64,000 nucleotides of DNA. It comes from the human T2T-CHM13v2.0 reference genome, Homo sapiens. The position numbers and the translations under genes were made by a program. The stretch lies in assembly GCF_009914755.1 (NCBI RefSeq), contig NC_060939.1. One strand, 5' to 3'. Below, piece after piece: positions 14,754 through 31,831 of this stretch (position 1 is its first letter; each line of letters opens with the position of its first letter). The notes beneath the pieces were generated by a model. That model saw only the letters and a list, made by a program, of their open reading frames with translations. It did not search any database and was not told the DNA's origin.

Positions 14754-15284
14754 AGAAAATGGGACTTTTCATTAATAAAGGCTCCCGAGGGCTTAATCCA
14801 GAGCTGGGTTCCCCATGCGTGCTCAGTAAAGATCTGCTGATGGATGGGTTACAACACCCCGCCACCTTCAGTTTTCTGTTTTGAAGTAGCTTTGTTAGAG
14901 ATGTTCAGATTTCTGTTCTCTGCATTTATTTTTATTTGAGTCCAGGAATCAAATGATGATGCTATCTGGTCCCAGCAGCCTAGAAAGGCAGCTCTCCCAA
15001 GCATTTCTCAGAGTCTACACTTTACATGAGTCCTAGGCAAACAGAGAGGAGGCCCACCCCACATTACATACACTTCCCGAGGGCCCAGGCCCTGCATAGG
15101 CTCTTGGCTAAGATGCTGCTTTCAGAGTTGGAGAGGGGAGCTGTTTGCTGAGTTTTCTGACACTCTTAACTGTTCAACTGGGCAGAGTTGTGGTTTGTTC
15201 AGAGAAGAAGCTTGTATTTAGGGAAAAAGTCATGGACAATGAATTTCTAACTAATAGAACATATTTCAGAAAGGCTGTACGATG

Positions 15285-16149
<865 letters not shown>

Positions 16150-16309
16150 CTATGAAACATCTAGTTCAATGTTAGCACATGGTCTAACGCAGGTAAGTAC
16201 TCACTCACTCAAGAAAATTCCTGATGAATGCAAAATTGGAATTAGGAGCTGGCTATTTGCTTTTCAAAACATTTTTCTTCAGTGCTCTTTTTGATACCCA
16301 AATCTCTTA

Positions 16310-17127
<818 letters not shown>

Positions 17128-17224
17128 CTTGGGGTGATTAAAATTTGCTGTTGACATTCCTGTCCAGATATCCTTTCTGGGGTCTTGTCTTGAACAGATA
17201 TTGAAGTACCGTTGTAAAGGTTAG

Positions 17225-17382
17225 AACTGCGCCTCTCAGATCTGGGGATCTGTTGAAAATACTGATGTCCAGGTCCTCTTTGATTAAGAGAAACTGAACT
17301 TTTCAGGTAGGCCCTGAGCATGAGTATGTTTTTCAAAACTTCCCAGATGATTCAAATGTGCCGCACCAGTTAAATGCTCTGG
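17225..17382. mobile_element. MER5A-like
   Basis: ctggggatctgttgaaaatactgatg...ttcccagatgattc. Confidence 0.65.
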
Positions 17383-17479
17383 AAGATGAACTTGGGGCTA
17401 ACTCATTGCAACATGTCACTCTCTGTTGACTGAGCAGTCTATGGAGATCTGAACAGAAACAAGTTGGGCTTCTGTTACA

Positions 17480-18040
17480 TTTTTTTCTTTTTAAAAACAA
17501 CTCCTCTCTCAGAGCTTTTACAAACTTTTAAAAGTCTTATTAGTGTCCTTACTAAGTGTGATAATTGTATCAATGCATTTTTAGCTGCTTTATTACTTTA
17601 TAAATTAAAAAATAGTTAGCCTTTGGGTCAGCATTAAGTTGACGTGTTCTGGGCTCTTCCCAAGAACATGCTGTTGCCAATTTATCATAAATGTTGAGGG
17701 CACCTTTCAGTACTGTATTAATGCTTTTACTTATACTTTTTCGTAAACTGTATGATCGTAGCGAGATCACGCATGCCAGAATTCTAGCACAGCTACTTCT
17801 TGCCAACATATATTGACATAACGGCTATCATTCGATCGTGACTCACAGCAGTTGATCAGCCTAATTGGTTTCAGCAACATGTCTGATCTAACTGCAGTTA
17901 CATCATTGTGGTTGAGTGCGTTTGGGTGAATTTCCAGAGCTATTGTTTTCGTGTCTGAATTTGCCAATTGGTCATTTATATGCCTGTCCTAGTTTTTATA
18001 GTGTGGGCATTTGCATTACTTTATTCATCTACTATTCTTC
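17480..18040. promoter_or_regulatory. Putative conserved non-coding element / enhancer
   Basis: Non-repeat and AT-rich, yet 7 CpGs in 17740-17840; homeodomain TAAT/TTTAT motifs; AP-1 TGACTCA at 17839; ARE/GRE-like 17663-17677. Conservation itself not tested. Confidence 0.45.
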
Positions 18041-18047
18041 TTTACAG

Positions 18048-18130
18048 AAACCTAACAATAGTTTTTCGTTTTACTTGTTTAATCAACAAAACTTGAAGGT
18101 GCATCACCTACCTTGCTCCAAGGCACTAAG
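18048..18130 (+). other. Candidate 83-nt internal exon (probably non-coding)
   Basis: Acceptor ctactattcttctttacag| and donor AAG|GTAAGT. Confidence 0.4.
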
Positions 18131-18909
18131 GTAAGTCTGATTGGCAGTTGGACTTCATTTAGCTTGCCACCTCCAGCTGCTGATTTCACGGTGTTGAAAA
18201 GCATTCTGACTGAATTCACACCTAGGCTCAGTGGGAAAGAAAGTTGTGATTGGAGGAGAGAGTGTGGTCCCATTGGCAAAATGTTTTCTGCCCTGTGCTG
18301 GGAGCTGAGGATATAAAGACAATAAGCACTTATTCCAGCAGAGATAAAAAATTAGGAACCATTCTATGATACTGGTTTATAGAAAGTTCTATAGAAACAC
18401 AGAAGAGAAAGCAATTTCTCTTCTGTGGGGGGTGTGGGGGCAATGGTGGTGGGGATCAGGAGAATATGAAGTTGTCACACAGGTAATATTTCAAGTGGAT
18501 CAGGAAGGAATTCTAGGAATTTGGCAGAAAATGAGGAAGAGCATTTTTTATGTGTGTGTTTTTCATACTTTGATATGTTACTATCAGAATAAATGAAACT
18601 GATTAATGCTATTGGTCAAGTTTAGGTACATTAATATTTGCACCTCACATATACCACGAAATCTGGTATCTATTTATGAGAAATTCAAGGCACTTTGCAA
18701 TGTCTGGCCTGCTTTAATTTTTTTTGTTTCATTTTATTATATTGCTCTTCTTTTGCTAAAGTAATGAGGTTTATATATATACATAAACTGAGAGGCTGAG
18801 ATTACTGCCTGGCACATAGTAGGTAATACATATCTGCTGAATCAAAGAATGAACATATTCAGATTACCTATATGTTTAGTGTAACTGGAGATCCTATCAA
18901 ACGCACTTG

Positions 18910-18910
<1 letters not shown>

Positions 18911-18947
<37 letters not shown>

Positions 18948-18978
18948 CCTGATAAATATAGATATAGATATAGATATA
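18911..18978. repeat. (TA)n plus (GATATA)n microsatellite
   Basis: Read directly from the sequence. Confidence 0.95.
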
Positions 18979-19069
18979 TCTCTCTCACATACACACCCCT
19001 TCCTACCATCAAAGCAACTAATTGCTGATGTGCTGATGGAACAACACCAGCAGGCAGGACGATCCTGTT

Positions 19070-19912
<843 letters not shown>

Positions 19913-20068
19913 CATGTTCATATTGTGTGTGTGTTTAGCATAAGTAACTGGGATCCTAGCATATGCATCTTATGCATTCATATCGTATGTATTTTCCACA
20001 TCATAAACATTCTTTAACATGGCTTTTACTTCCCATATCATTTTAGCTTGTGCATATGTAATAATATG

Positions 20069-20444
20069 TGCTGTGGTCTAAATGTTTGTGTCCCTCCCCA
20101 AAATTCATATGTTGAAATCCTAACCCCCAAGGTAATGGCACTATGACGTGGAGCCTTTGAGAGTGATTAGGTCGTGAGGATAAAGCCCTTGTGAATGGCA
20201 TTAGTGCCCTTATAAAAGAGACTCAAGGGAGTGCATTTGCCCCTTCTACCATGTGAAGACACAGGGAGAAGTCACAGTCTATGAACCAGGAATGTGGACC
20301 TCACCAGATACTGAATCTGCTGGTGCCTTGATCTTGGACTTCCCAGCCTCCAGAACTGTGAGAAATAAATTTCTGTTGTTTATAAGACTGGTCAGTGTAC
20401 TAGACTATGTTATTTTGTTATAGCAGCCCAAACAGACTAAGACA
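20069..20444 (+). mobile_element. MLT1A0/MSTD-like solo LTR
   Basis: tgctgtggtctaaatgtttgtgtccc...gaaataaatttctg...cagactaagaca. Confidence 0.9.
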
Positions 20445-20924
20445 TTAGGCTACGCAGCTCGCCTGTTCCTAGGTGGTTTCAGTCCTCTACTGTTCAAAGT
20501 CTGTCAAGAACCTCTTGTTCATAAGTTCTCTCCCTTTATATAGAAGAGAAGTTCTCTTCTTTTATGTGGAAGTGGTGTTGCTGAGTGAAAGGGCATGAAC
20601 AATTGAGATCTGAACCCACACATCAAACTGTAGAGCCTCATTTTGAGGTAGAATTTCTTCTTTTCATGATGTTACCTGGTAAGGGGCATGTCCCCAGCTT
20701 TTGGGAGGCGCAGACTGCATGGGAACTGCTGAAAGGTCTATGGGGACCCATTGGGCGTACTAGGCCAGTGACGGCACGTATGGGCCCCAAGGCCTTAAGG
20801 TGAGTGACAGCAAGTGGAAGGAGGGTGCAGAATGTGGCACTGGGCTGGAATGACTTAGTGGAGTGGGGTGAACAATCTGCTCATTCAGAACTGGCTTTGG
20901 GATTGTGACAGGTCCTGAACAGCT

Positions 20925-21080
20925 TGGAGTACTAAGAAGAGCGCTGGACATGAACTGGAATATGTGGGTTCAAATCCCACCTTTTCACTGCCCAGCTCTG
21001 TGACCCTGAGCAAGTGACTCAACCTCTGTGAGCCCCGTGTCCTCTCTGTAAAATGGAGGTATGAATGCCTGTGAGAACAG
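20925..21080 (+). mobile_element. MIR
   Basis: gggttcaaatccc...tgtgaccctgagcaagtgactcaacctctgtgagcc. Confidence 0.85.
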
Positions 21081-22702
21081 GATATGGGGAGGGTTCCTGT
21101 ATAACACTTCGCCCTGCCCATCTGAATAAAAGGCTGCATTCACCCTTCCTAAGGAAGACCACTTTCCGATGTTCCAGTCTGAAGGTGAGTTTTGAGCCTA
21201 AATTCTCTATATAGTCCAATTCTATTAGTTCCAGGTTCAAAGATCTCAGAAGAGATGCCAGCGATTCTGGGTGTAGGCTTCTCCCACCTTCCCTCCCTTT
21301 CTCTCCCGAGAGGGGACATTTCTACACCTCTTCTGGGTGTCCTGAAAGGTCCATAAAGAGCAGGATGTGGCAATGGTGAGGGCAGCGGGCCCAGCCAATG
21401 TCTGTGTGGGCAACTGAGGTCTGCAGATGAGCACAGCCAGCTGACCTCCCATGAGTGCCGGCATGGTCACAAAGCCTGGCGACTTGCTGATTAAACTGAA
21501 GTGCTATTCTTAGTGGCAAGCTGTCATCCAGCCCTTATGAAAAAGGAGAGAAATCACTCAGCCAGGATCTAAAAATAATTAGAAACTGACAACCAGCTCT
21601 GGGAAGAGCTTGGACCTGGAGCCTGGCCTGGGAAGAACTAAGTAGGGGAAGACCACTTGGTGGAACTTTGCAAGATCACAGAGCCCATGGCACAGACAAA
21701 TAGTTTTCTGTATTTATGGCTCTTCATTATCTATTGTAATTAAAAATAAAATTTGTAAATATTTTATACTAAGAGTAATAATGGTAAAAGCTGCTTCTAG
21801 AATACTTCCAAAATGGCAGATGCTGTCCTAAGCCATTGAGTACATTCTGTGCTTGGACTCTGCAGGGTCTCTGTGGTTGGGTCATGTTACTGTTGCCATT
21901 TACAGATGAGGAAACTGAGTCTTGGAGATGGGGAATTTGGGCCACTCTAGTCAGTCTGATCACAGAGGCTAATTATCTGGAATGGTCTGGAATTGGCCTT
22001 TGGTTTCCACCCCTCCTCTTTGGCAGTTCAGGGTTGCTTGGTATTATTTTCCCAGTTGTTAACAAGCTGCTTTCTTTCAACTTCTCCAGGGAGAAAATCT
22101 TGGTTGCTGGACTTCTCAGGAAAAACTCTCAGTGGTGATTTGATTTTGGGTTTCTTTGTGGAATTTGTGCCTCACGTGCAGTTAAGCACATGGTCAGGTT
22201 TAAGGAGGTCTGTTTCAATTTGCATAGAGATGGAGCTTTGTTTCCCCCCAGCCAGGAAGAAAGAGGCATATGGCGGCCTCATTGCTTGTGGATTGGCTCA
22301 GCACCAGAAGGCACTATTCCTTGTGGATAATTAGCACAGATGCCTGAACATGGATGCTTTTTATTTTAAAACCATATTAAACATGTTTATTGGCTTTAGC
22401 TTTATTTGACCCAATTTGTTGTTCCCTCCTGCATGCTGGGCACCTAGCGTGGTGGAGGGCTCAAAGGCTTTAGGACTGCTCTGCATGGGTTCAATTCTAG
22501 CTCATTAGAGTCCCCAGTGACACAGTTACTATGTAGGCATATTCATTTCTGTCCTTTTATATTTTTATTGTAGAGGTTCTTGGAAGAGATAGAAGATGAT
22601 GGACAGGCTGATCTCAGGCTGCCATCTTGAACTGGAAGCCTATACCTCCCAATGCAGTTTGGATTTCTTTGGTTCTGATATTTTTATTTTATTTTACTCT
22701 GA

Positions 22703-23020
<318 letters not shown>

Positions 23021-23031
23021 AATTTATTTGA

Positions 23032-23262
<231 letters not shown>

Positions 23263-24614
23263 TGGTTCTGATAATTTTTTTACTTACAGGTTCTGTTTTA
23301 TGGTTATCTTGTTGCCACTTCAAATTCTATGTGAAAGGGCTTGGGAACAAATTAATAAACAAATACCCTAAACAAATACCAAAATGGTGACAGTAGTTTC
23401 TTAGTCTGATGACTGGGACTTTTCATGTTGCTGGTTTCTTTGTTCCTTCTCTCCGTAGGCTTTCTGCTCTTACCTCATCTCTTGCTTTCTTTTCTCTAAC
23501 TCTTACAGAGAAAGACATTTAAAATCAGACTCAAGCATCTTGGAGAAGGGGTTTTGCTTATACTTGGCAGGTTGTTGCTTCCTATGTCTAAGACAGGAGA
23601 AAAGGAGGCTTTGAAATGTCATGAAATGTCCGGGAAGGTTTCCTGGATGTCAAGTAGCTGTTTCCTCAAATCACGGGAATGACTGAAGTGTAGAAGGATC
23701 AGAAACATACAGATTCAATTTCACTGAAAACCCACACGTGGCTTTAAAGTGTTGGGAAAATATGCCTGGGCCCAAGTCTGATTTGGGTTTAAAAAAGAAT
23801 GCAGACATGATGGGTTGTGATGGAAAAGTCTAGAGGCCACTGGGTGTATCTGCTCATTCTTCACCAGGACTCTGGGGTCATACATTCCTCCTGGGATGGC
23901 TAAAGCCAGGACCTGTTAAAACGGTATGTCCAGAAACACAGAGCACGAAGACTTAGAGAAATTAGTGTGGAGGAGGGAGTGCCTATCTCTGGGAACATTC
24001 TGGTCACATTGGCAGAGCCAGAAGAATACTTCTAAGACAGAAGTATTCTTCTAAGTGTCCAGCCTGGTGCTAGTAAATAGTTGAAGAACAGGGCCAGTTC
24101 CATTGTTGTTATTCTCAGATCTGAGAGAATTCTTCTGGTGGTCCAATAATCTGTGTGGAGCTCGCGCCAGGAGCCTGGAAGCTGGCCTCCGTACCCCGAC
24201 CCCTGCCCCGCCTTAACTCTCCCATTTCATCAGCTATTGTCCAGTTGATTCTACTTAGCAAAGGTCCCTGGAATTATCCAAATGCCTGTCACCCCCACTG
24301 CTACTCCTCTAGTTCAGGCCACCATTACCTCTCACTAGATTGGTCCCCTCACCCTCCACTAACCTTGCTTGCATTCAATCTAATTTCCACAAGATACATG
24401 GCGTAAGCTTTCTAGAGCCCACCTCAGCTCCTAGCATTACCCCCTTGAACTTCTTCAGGGGTTGCTTACATGCTTGCAAATTCCCAACATGATATGTGTG
24501 GACCTTCACAATTTGGCTTCTTCCTGATTTTATATGTCTTGACAACCTGTTTCCCCCTCATTCCCCTCACCCTCTCAGACCCCTAATATGCTCCAACCAT
24601 TTTGAACTACTTTC

Positions 24615-24780
24615 AGCCAATTCCTGGCTGGGGGATCTTGGGGAAGTCAATCAACCTTCCTGTACCTCAGTTTCTTCATTTGTAAAGTGAAGATGGTAGC
24701 AGCACCTGCATGGGTTGTTGAGGATAAAATAGGTTCATATATGCCCAGTGCTTTTAGCAGAGCCTGGCACTGACTCTGCC
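24615..24780 (+). mobile_element. MIR within L2 fragments
   Basis: cctcagtttcttcatttgtaaagtg...gggttgttgaggataaaat...gcctggcac. Confidence 0.8.
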
Positions 24781-26045
24781 ACCTCCTCGTGCCTCTTTGT
24801 ATGCAGAAACTTTGTACCTGGAACTTCCTCCCACTTTCTTCGGCTTGCTTTTGTAGCGTGGTGGTCACCACTTCTGTAGAATGAGCCGCAGGCCATGTTG
24901 CATCGTAATCGTCTGCATTTCATTCTGTCCACGCACCACACTAGAAGCTCTTTGAGAGTAGGGACTGTTTCTCCGTTGCCTTGACACACCATAGTCAATC
25001 AATATTTGCTGATATAAAGAAAAAAAAACAGCTCACAAGGAGAGACTACGCCAAATTCCAGGTAGTTGCCTGTAGACCCTGGGAAGGTAATATTTCTTTT
25101 CATAAATGCACAAATGGTTATTCTTTTTTAATGAACCAAAAGAAAAACAAATTCAGCAGGTTGGCATTTGGCAAAAGCCATTTCAACATCTAAAGATATT
25201 TCTTGTTCTGGAACTCAGAACGACTTTGCACTTCCAAATGTCATTTGCAAGGTTGCTGGACTGATTAGGTTTGCTCTTAGCCCCTTCCCTGCCCATTTCC
25301 TGCCTTGGCTGGTGTTCCTTGAATGGTTCGGCATTCCAACTTGGCCTGAGATGCCAAGGCTCCCTGCTCTGCATTTAGCCTGCATTTCTCCTGGGTCCTG
25401 AGGGAAGCTGGGAAATGCACTCTGCATTTTTATCTCATGTGGTTGGGACACAGGGTGGTGTCCCAGGGAGGAGGCACTTTCTTTTGCCCTGGGCCAGCTG
25501 TGGTGGCATTTGACATGGCTGAAGGATTCCGTCACTCCAGTTGGCCATGGCTCATTAAAATGCCTGGGCTTGCTGGGAATTGTATTTCCAAATCTGTGCT
25601 TCTCATAGGGCCATGGAAACAGATTAGGGTGTGTCTTTCCCAATGTGTCTGATTTGTCCATGGTCACATGAGGTGGAGAGGGGAGGAGGGTGTGTAGTGC
25701 AGAGAGGTGCTTTGCAAAAGTTTGCACCTGCTGTTTCCTTCCGAAAGTGTGCAATCTCTTACCCCTCCCCATCCTGTAGAAATTTCTTAAAAAAAAGCAC
25801 CACATTTTGTCATTTTTGCATGTTATATGTTATAAAAATTGACTGTAAGATTTTTTAAACACCCAGCTAATAAGTGATGCATACTGTTTCATTTACTTTA
25901 ATTATGTAAAAGAAGCATGATTTGTCAACAGGTACATCACAAATTATATAATTCATCAGACTTGGTTGAGAAAAACAATCTTAAAACATAGATGGAAGTT
26001 TAATTATGTATTAGCATTGAAAATAGGCAAAACCTGTCCTTGTGA

Positions 26046-26407
<362 letters not shown>

Positions 26408-26669
26408 AGTTGGTATGAATTTTTAGTTACATTCTTAAGTATTGAAGAAAAAGAGCGATTTAGGCTACTTGCCATCATTTCTTCAAAGTATCCCATTGCA
26501 AGAGTAGATAGCTTAATTTCTAGTAAAGAAAGAAACAAATTGGATATAATTCTCATAGTTTTCTCACATTAATGTGGCTTCTGAAATGTTGGAGACAGCT
26601 TGACGGGCCACTAAGGTAAATGAAATTCAGAGATTAAGCTCAAAAAATCTAGGAATAACATTCTCCAAG

Positions 26670-27140
26670 GTAGTTTTCAACATTTCTGCCAAGAATTAGG
26701 AAATTAGACTGTGAACTGGAAGATCATCTTTGGAAAAATAATTTGACGCTATAGTCAAAAGTCAAAATAGCTTAGCTAAAGTCAAAATTAGGCATAACCT
26801 TTGATCCAGCAGTGTTCTTCTAGCCATATGTATTGGAGAATCTTTTGATCATATGCACCAATACAGGAATGTTCATTGCAGCACTGTTTATAATAGCAAA
26901 AAATTGGAAACAGCACGGATGTTTATCAGTGGTAGAATACATTCTGGTATAGTCACACAATGAAATATTATACAGTAGTGAACAGGAAAAATTACAGCTT
27001 CATGCATTAACATGAATGAATCTCAGAAAAATAATGTTGAATGAAAAACAAAAGTCATACAGGAATAGATAAGGATGGCTTCATTTATATAAAGATTAAA
27101 AACAATCAAAACTAAACCATATATTGCTTAGGGGTATGTG
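26670..27140 (+). mobile_element. L1ME-like 3' fragment
   Basis: aatgttcattgcagcactgtttataatagcaaaaaattggaaac...atgaatctcagaaaaataatgttga. Confidence 0.8.
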
Positions 27141-28734
27141 GGTAGTGCATATGTGCATAGATTCCTGTCAGCACTGCCATGTGCTCTGCAGGCCACGTGA
27201 GTGAAGTGAAGAGGGGTAGATTAGGCCTGCATTCTGCCATGTCTCTGTTTCTGACTTTTACTTTCAGAAATGACTTGCCTGGGCCCTTCTGTTCCTCCTG
27301 CCTCTCAAGCCAACCCCTGCACTATAGTACAGGCCCAAACAAAGCTGAGAGAGAGAGTGTGTGTGCATGAGAGAGAGATTGAGTGTGTATATGAAGGGTG
27401 ACAGGTTTGAGAATGAAAGCAAGATCCAAGCCCACTGGCCCAAGCACACTGGATCCAAGCGCAGTCTTGGCCCTACCTATGTGACTTAAAAAAAAATCGC
27501 AAATGTGGACTGGACAACATTTATTGAGCAATTACTATGCTCCTCTCACTGTGCAATGCAATTTCTTCTGTTTCATCTCATTTCATTTTCACTGCCACCC
27601 TGCAAGTTCGTGTTGTTGCTGTCATTTTACAGACAAGGAATGCAAAGCTCACGGATGCCGAGGAATTTATCCAAGATCACTGTGATGGGATGGGAACTTT
27701 GGTTTTCAGCCTTTAAATACATTGGTGCAGAAGTCCAAGAAAGATGCTTGGAAAGACCTAGTGGTACGTAGCTTCATGTAAACCATCACCCCTTTGAATA
27801 AAAGCTAGGCAATCCCTCTGCCGCATTTTAAGTTATTATTATTATTATTATTATTTTTGCTCCAGGGTGGAGGGCAAATAAAATGTTAGCAGCCTTCTCT
27901 TGCCTTGGCTTTGGAGGCCGACTCCTCTGAGCAGGTGGCTGGTGCTTGCAGATGTGGTTGAACCTGCACATCTGGCACACATTAATCCATGGACAGGACA
28001 TGCTATTACAGTCCTAATGAAATTTGGGTCTGCTGCATTTCCATAAGCCACCCAAGGAAGCAGGATTCCTGGCATTTTGTCAGAAGTAAAAGCCTGGAAG
28101 ATATAGAACAATTTCTATCATCATGATGGATGAGGTTATTTTCATCTTGTACAAAGTTACTCCCAATTGAAAGGTTGGAGACAAGATAGCTCTTGATTAA
28201 ATGAAAATTGTGCCTGACTAGGACATAAATTATGTAGTGGAGCAGCAAAAAAATCTGAATGTGCTTTTATGAGCTCAGTCCCCATCATGGTTTAACTCAG
28301 AGAAAAAACCTTTTCCTCCTTTGCAAGGATGTCCACGGCTACATGGTTGAAGCATTGCCCTGAAGGAATACTGTGTGGTTGGAGTTTTGGTAATGGGCAT
28401 GAGCTGCTTTGGTTAATAATATTTTCATTCTGTATCTGCATCTCTTTGTTTTGTGCTTTTTAATCCATATAGACCTGTCCCCCACCACACCCACACCCAG
28501 AGGTCCTATTTCTATATCTTATGGGGTACATTTGCTTGGCCTGTGACTCTGTGAATTGTCCTCCCATCCTCATCCATCCATCTCCTGTTCCCATATATAT
28601 ATGAAGTATACAGTTTCCTCTTTCCCCACCAGCCCATAGGCTAGATAATTGAAGCAGGAGGGGACAACACAGTGAGATGGAACCCACTCTATTCTTCTAG
28701 AAATTTGAATTGAGGAGGGAATGGTAGAAAACGA

Positions 28735-29053
28735 AGTTCAACAAATATTCCTAGTTCTCCTCTTGAACGCATGGTAGGATTGCGCTTCTTGGCTCCATTG
28801 TGATTGGAATAATTCTGACCAAAGTCTTGTGAGCAAAAGGGACATGGGTTATTTTGGAGACACACAAGACCCCCAGAAATCTTTTTCCTTTTGGCATGGC
28901 AACCCACTGGGGCCCCACAGCAGCTATGATAAGCAGAGGCTCTGCCAACTCCCCATGGACTGCAGAATGAGTTAGAAATAAAACTGTTTCTGAACCACTG
29001 AGATGAGATTATTTGTTACTGCAGCATAATCTAGCTGATCCAGACTGATACAC
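28735..29053 (+). mobile_element. MLT1I/H-like MaLR LTR
   Basis: 3' end gaaataaa...ccactgagat...tttgttactgcagcataatctagc...gactgataca. Confidence 0.75.
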
Positions 29054-29535
29054 AGGGAGAGAGAAAAAATGTGAGTAAGCAAGAGAAGAGAGAAGGATCA
29101 AAATGGAGTTTTCTTAAATCTTGTGGTCTGGAATAGTAATGCATGAACTTGGGAGTGTGGTTGTTGACTTGTTGTCCATTCATGCAGTATGTAACTTTTT
29201 GAGTCTGACTTCTTTTATTGGGTATAATGCATTTGAGATTTATCTATCTTGTTGCACATATTAAGTTTGTTTCTTTTTATTGCTAATTTGGAATAGGTAG
29301 CAGAGAAGGCTATCCCACAGCTCACAATCATTGCACTGTCAACATTTCTACCCTAACCCCTTATAACCCCAAGATATCACTGACACCTTATTTTGCTTTG
29401 GCAAAAAAGAGAGAGAAATTTTTTACTTTTCAAAAAAGTAAAAAAATCTGGAGGTTTCTGGGTAAGCCATAGAGCATTGCAAAAAATCTGTTTATTTCCA
29501 AGCAGACTATGAGGATTGGTTAACAGTAATATTAT

Positions 29536-30047
29536 TGTTGCGGGACAATCAAAGATGGGAGAGACCGAACAGAGTGAGTTCAGGAAAGGTCTTTATTAAA
29601 AGGTGATCACCTGGCTCAGTAGGACCAGCATCCAGGAAAGTCTGAGCCCCGGACAAAGAAAGCAGCCACCTTTTAAGCAGTCGGTGGCTGGGAGCTACGT
29701 GATGCAGGAAGTGTACTTACAGAATCGAGAACGAAGGCAGTTGATGAGTCTTTTACATTTATCTATACTGTATGTTCCACATCCCTGGGAAACCATGTTT
29801 CTGTATCAACCTTGTAACTTTGCAGCTGTGCTAGAGGGGTGAAGCAGGAACTCACCGAGCCTCAAGGAATGTGAAACTGGGGAGTACAGATAGGGCTCGC
29901 TGAGCACAGAAGGAAAAACAGGCAGTTAGTATTCTTCTCCAACTTAGACTACGGGGGGCGCTACACTACACTTAGCTTTTGAAGCAAAAAGTAAAAATTT
30001 TTGGTTGTTTTTGATTATACTTGTAAAATTCATGAATTCCTTCTTCA
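29536..30047 (-). mobile_element. Intact ERV1-class solo LTR (LTR15-like; family tentative)
   Basis: TG...CA termini; perfect 4-bp TSD TTAT; AATAAA on the minus strand (tttatt at about 29593); CpGs retained. Confidence 0.85.
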
Positions 30048-30276
30048 TTATGAGTGTGTGTCTCAAACTGCAAAACACAGACTCATGTCTGCCAGGGTTA
30101 TTTGAAGCTCTTGGTGTATTTTTCTGGAGCTCTTGACTCAAATATTTGGAATAAATGCTTAATACTTTGTATTTAAATCTTTTTAAAAATTAAATTTACA
30201 ACTCAAATGTAGAAAAGTGCACAAATCACAAATGCATGTATCACCAAGTTTTCAAAAACGGAACACACCCTTGTAA

Positions 30277-30988
<712 letters not shown>

Positions 30989-31526
30989 GTTTTGCCTTTT
31001 ATGAGTGAATTCATATATTATGTACGCTTTCGTGTCTAGTTCTATGGCTTAACATTGATTGTGAGTTGTGTAACTATAAGCTGTTTATTCTCATTGCCTT
31101 ATAGCATTCTGTTGTATAACTGTACCACAATTTATTTATCTGTTCTATAGCTAATGCACATATGGTGGTTTCTGGGGTTTGGCTACTCTGCAGTGCTGTT
31201 ACATCTTCTGGTGAATATATGTAGGCATTTCTGCTAGGTCTCTATATCTACTCCCAGTGAAAATGCTGAGCGATAGGGTATACATATGTTCACCTGCAGT
31301 GCCTACCACCAAATACTTTTTCAAAGAGGTGTATTGCAATTACTTTTATTTTGAATTTAAATATAAATATAGTAAGTTCACTCTTTATTGGTGTACAGTT
31401 TATTGTATGGATGTACCATAGGTTGTTTATTCACTTACACATTGAAGGACATTTGGGTTGCTTTTGATTTTTTTGATGGTATGAATAGTGCTGTTATAAA
31501 TATTTGTGTTTTTGTGTGAACATAAG

Positions 31527-31831
31527 TTTTTTTTTTGTTGTTGTTTTTTTTGAGATGGAGTCTCGCTGTGTCGCCCAGGCTGGAGTGCAGGGCGCAATCT
31601 CCGCTCACTGCAAGCTCTGCCTCCTGGGTTCACACCATTCTCTCGCCTCAGCCTCCTGAGTAGCTGGGACTACAGGCGCCCGCCACCACGCCCAGCTAAT
31701 TTTTTGTATTTTTAGTAGAGACGGGGTTTCACCGTGTTAACCAGGATGGTCTTGATCTCCTGACCTCGTGATTCGCCCACCTCGGCTTCCTAAAGTGCTG
31801 GGATTACAGGCGTGAGCCACCGCGCCTGGCC
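31527..31831 (-). mobile_element. AluY
   Basis: Y diagnostics; TSD agtttt. Confidence 0.95.

Noticed and set aside
17750-17890. Possible C/D-box snoRNA
   Set aside because: The C box is imperfect (ATGATCG) and there is no convincing terminal stem.
25215-25805. 196-aa minus-strand ORF
   Set aside because: Listed start is non-ATG (GTG); no domain, splice or promoter support; consistent with chance.
29419-29445. 12-bp inverted repeat
   Set aside because: Low-complexity A/T runs; likely chance.
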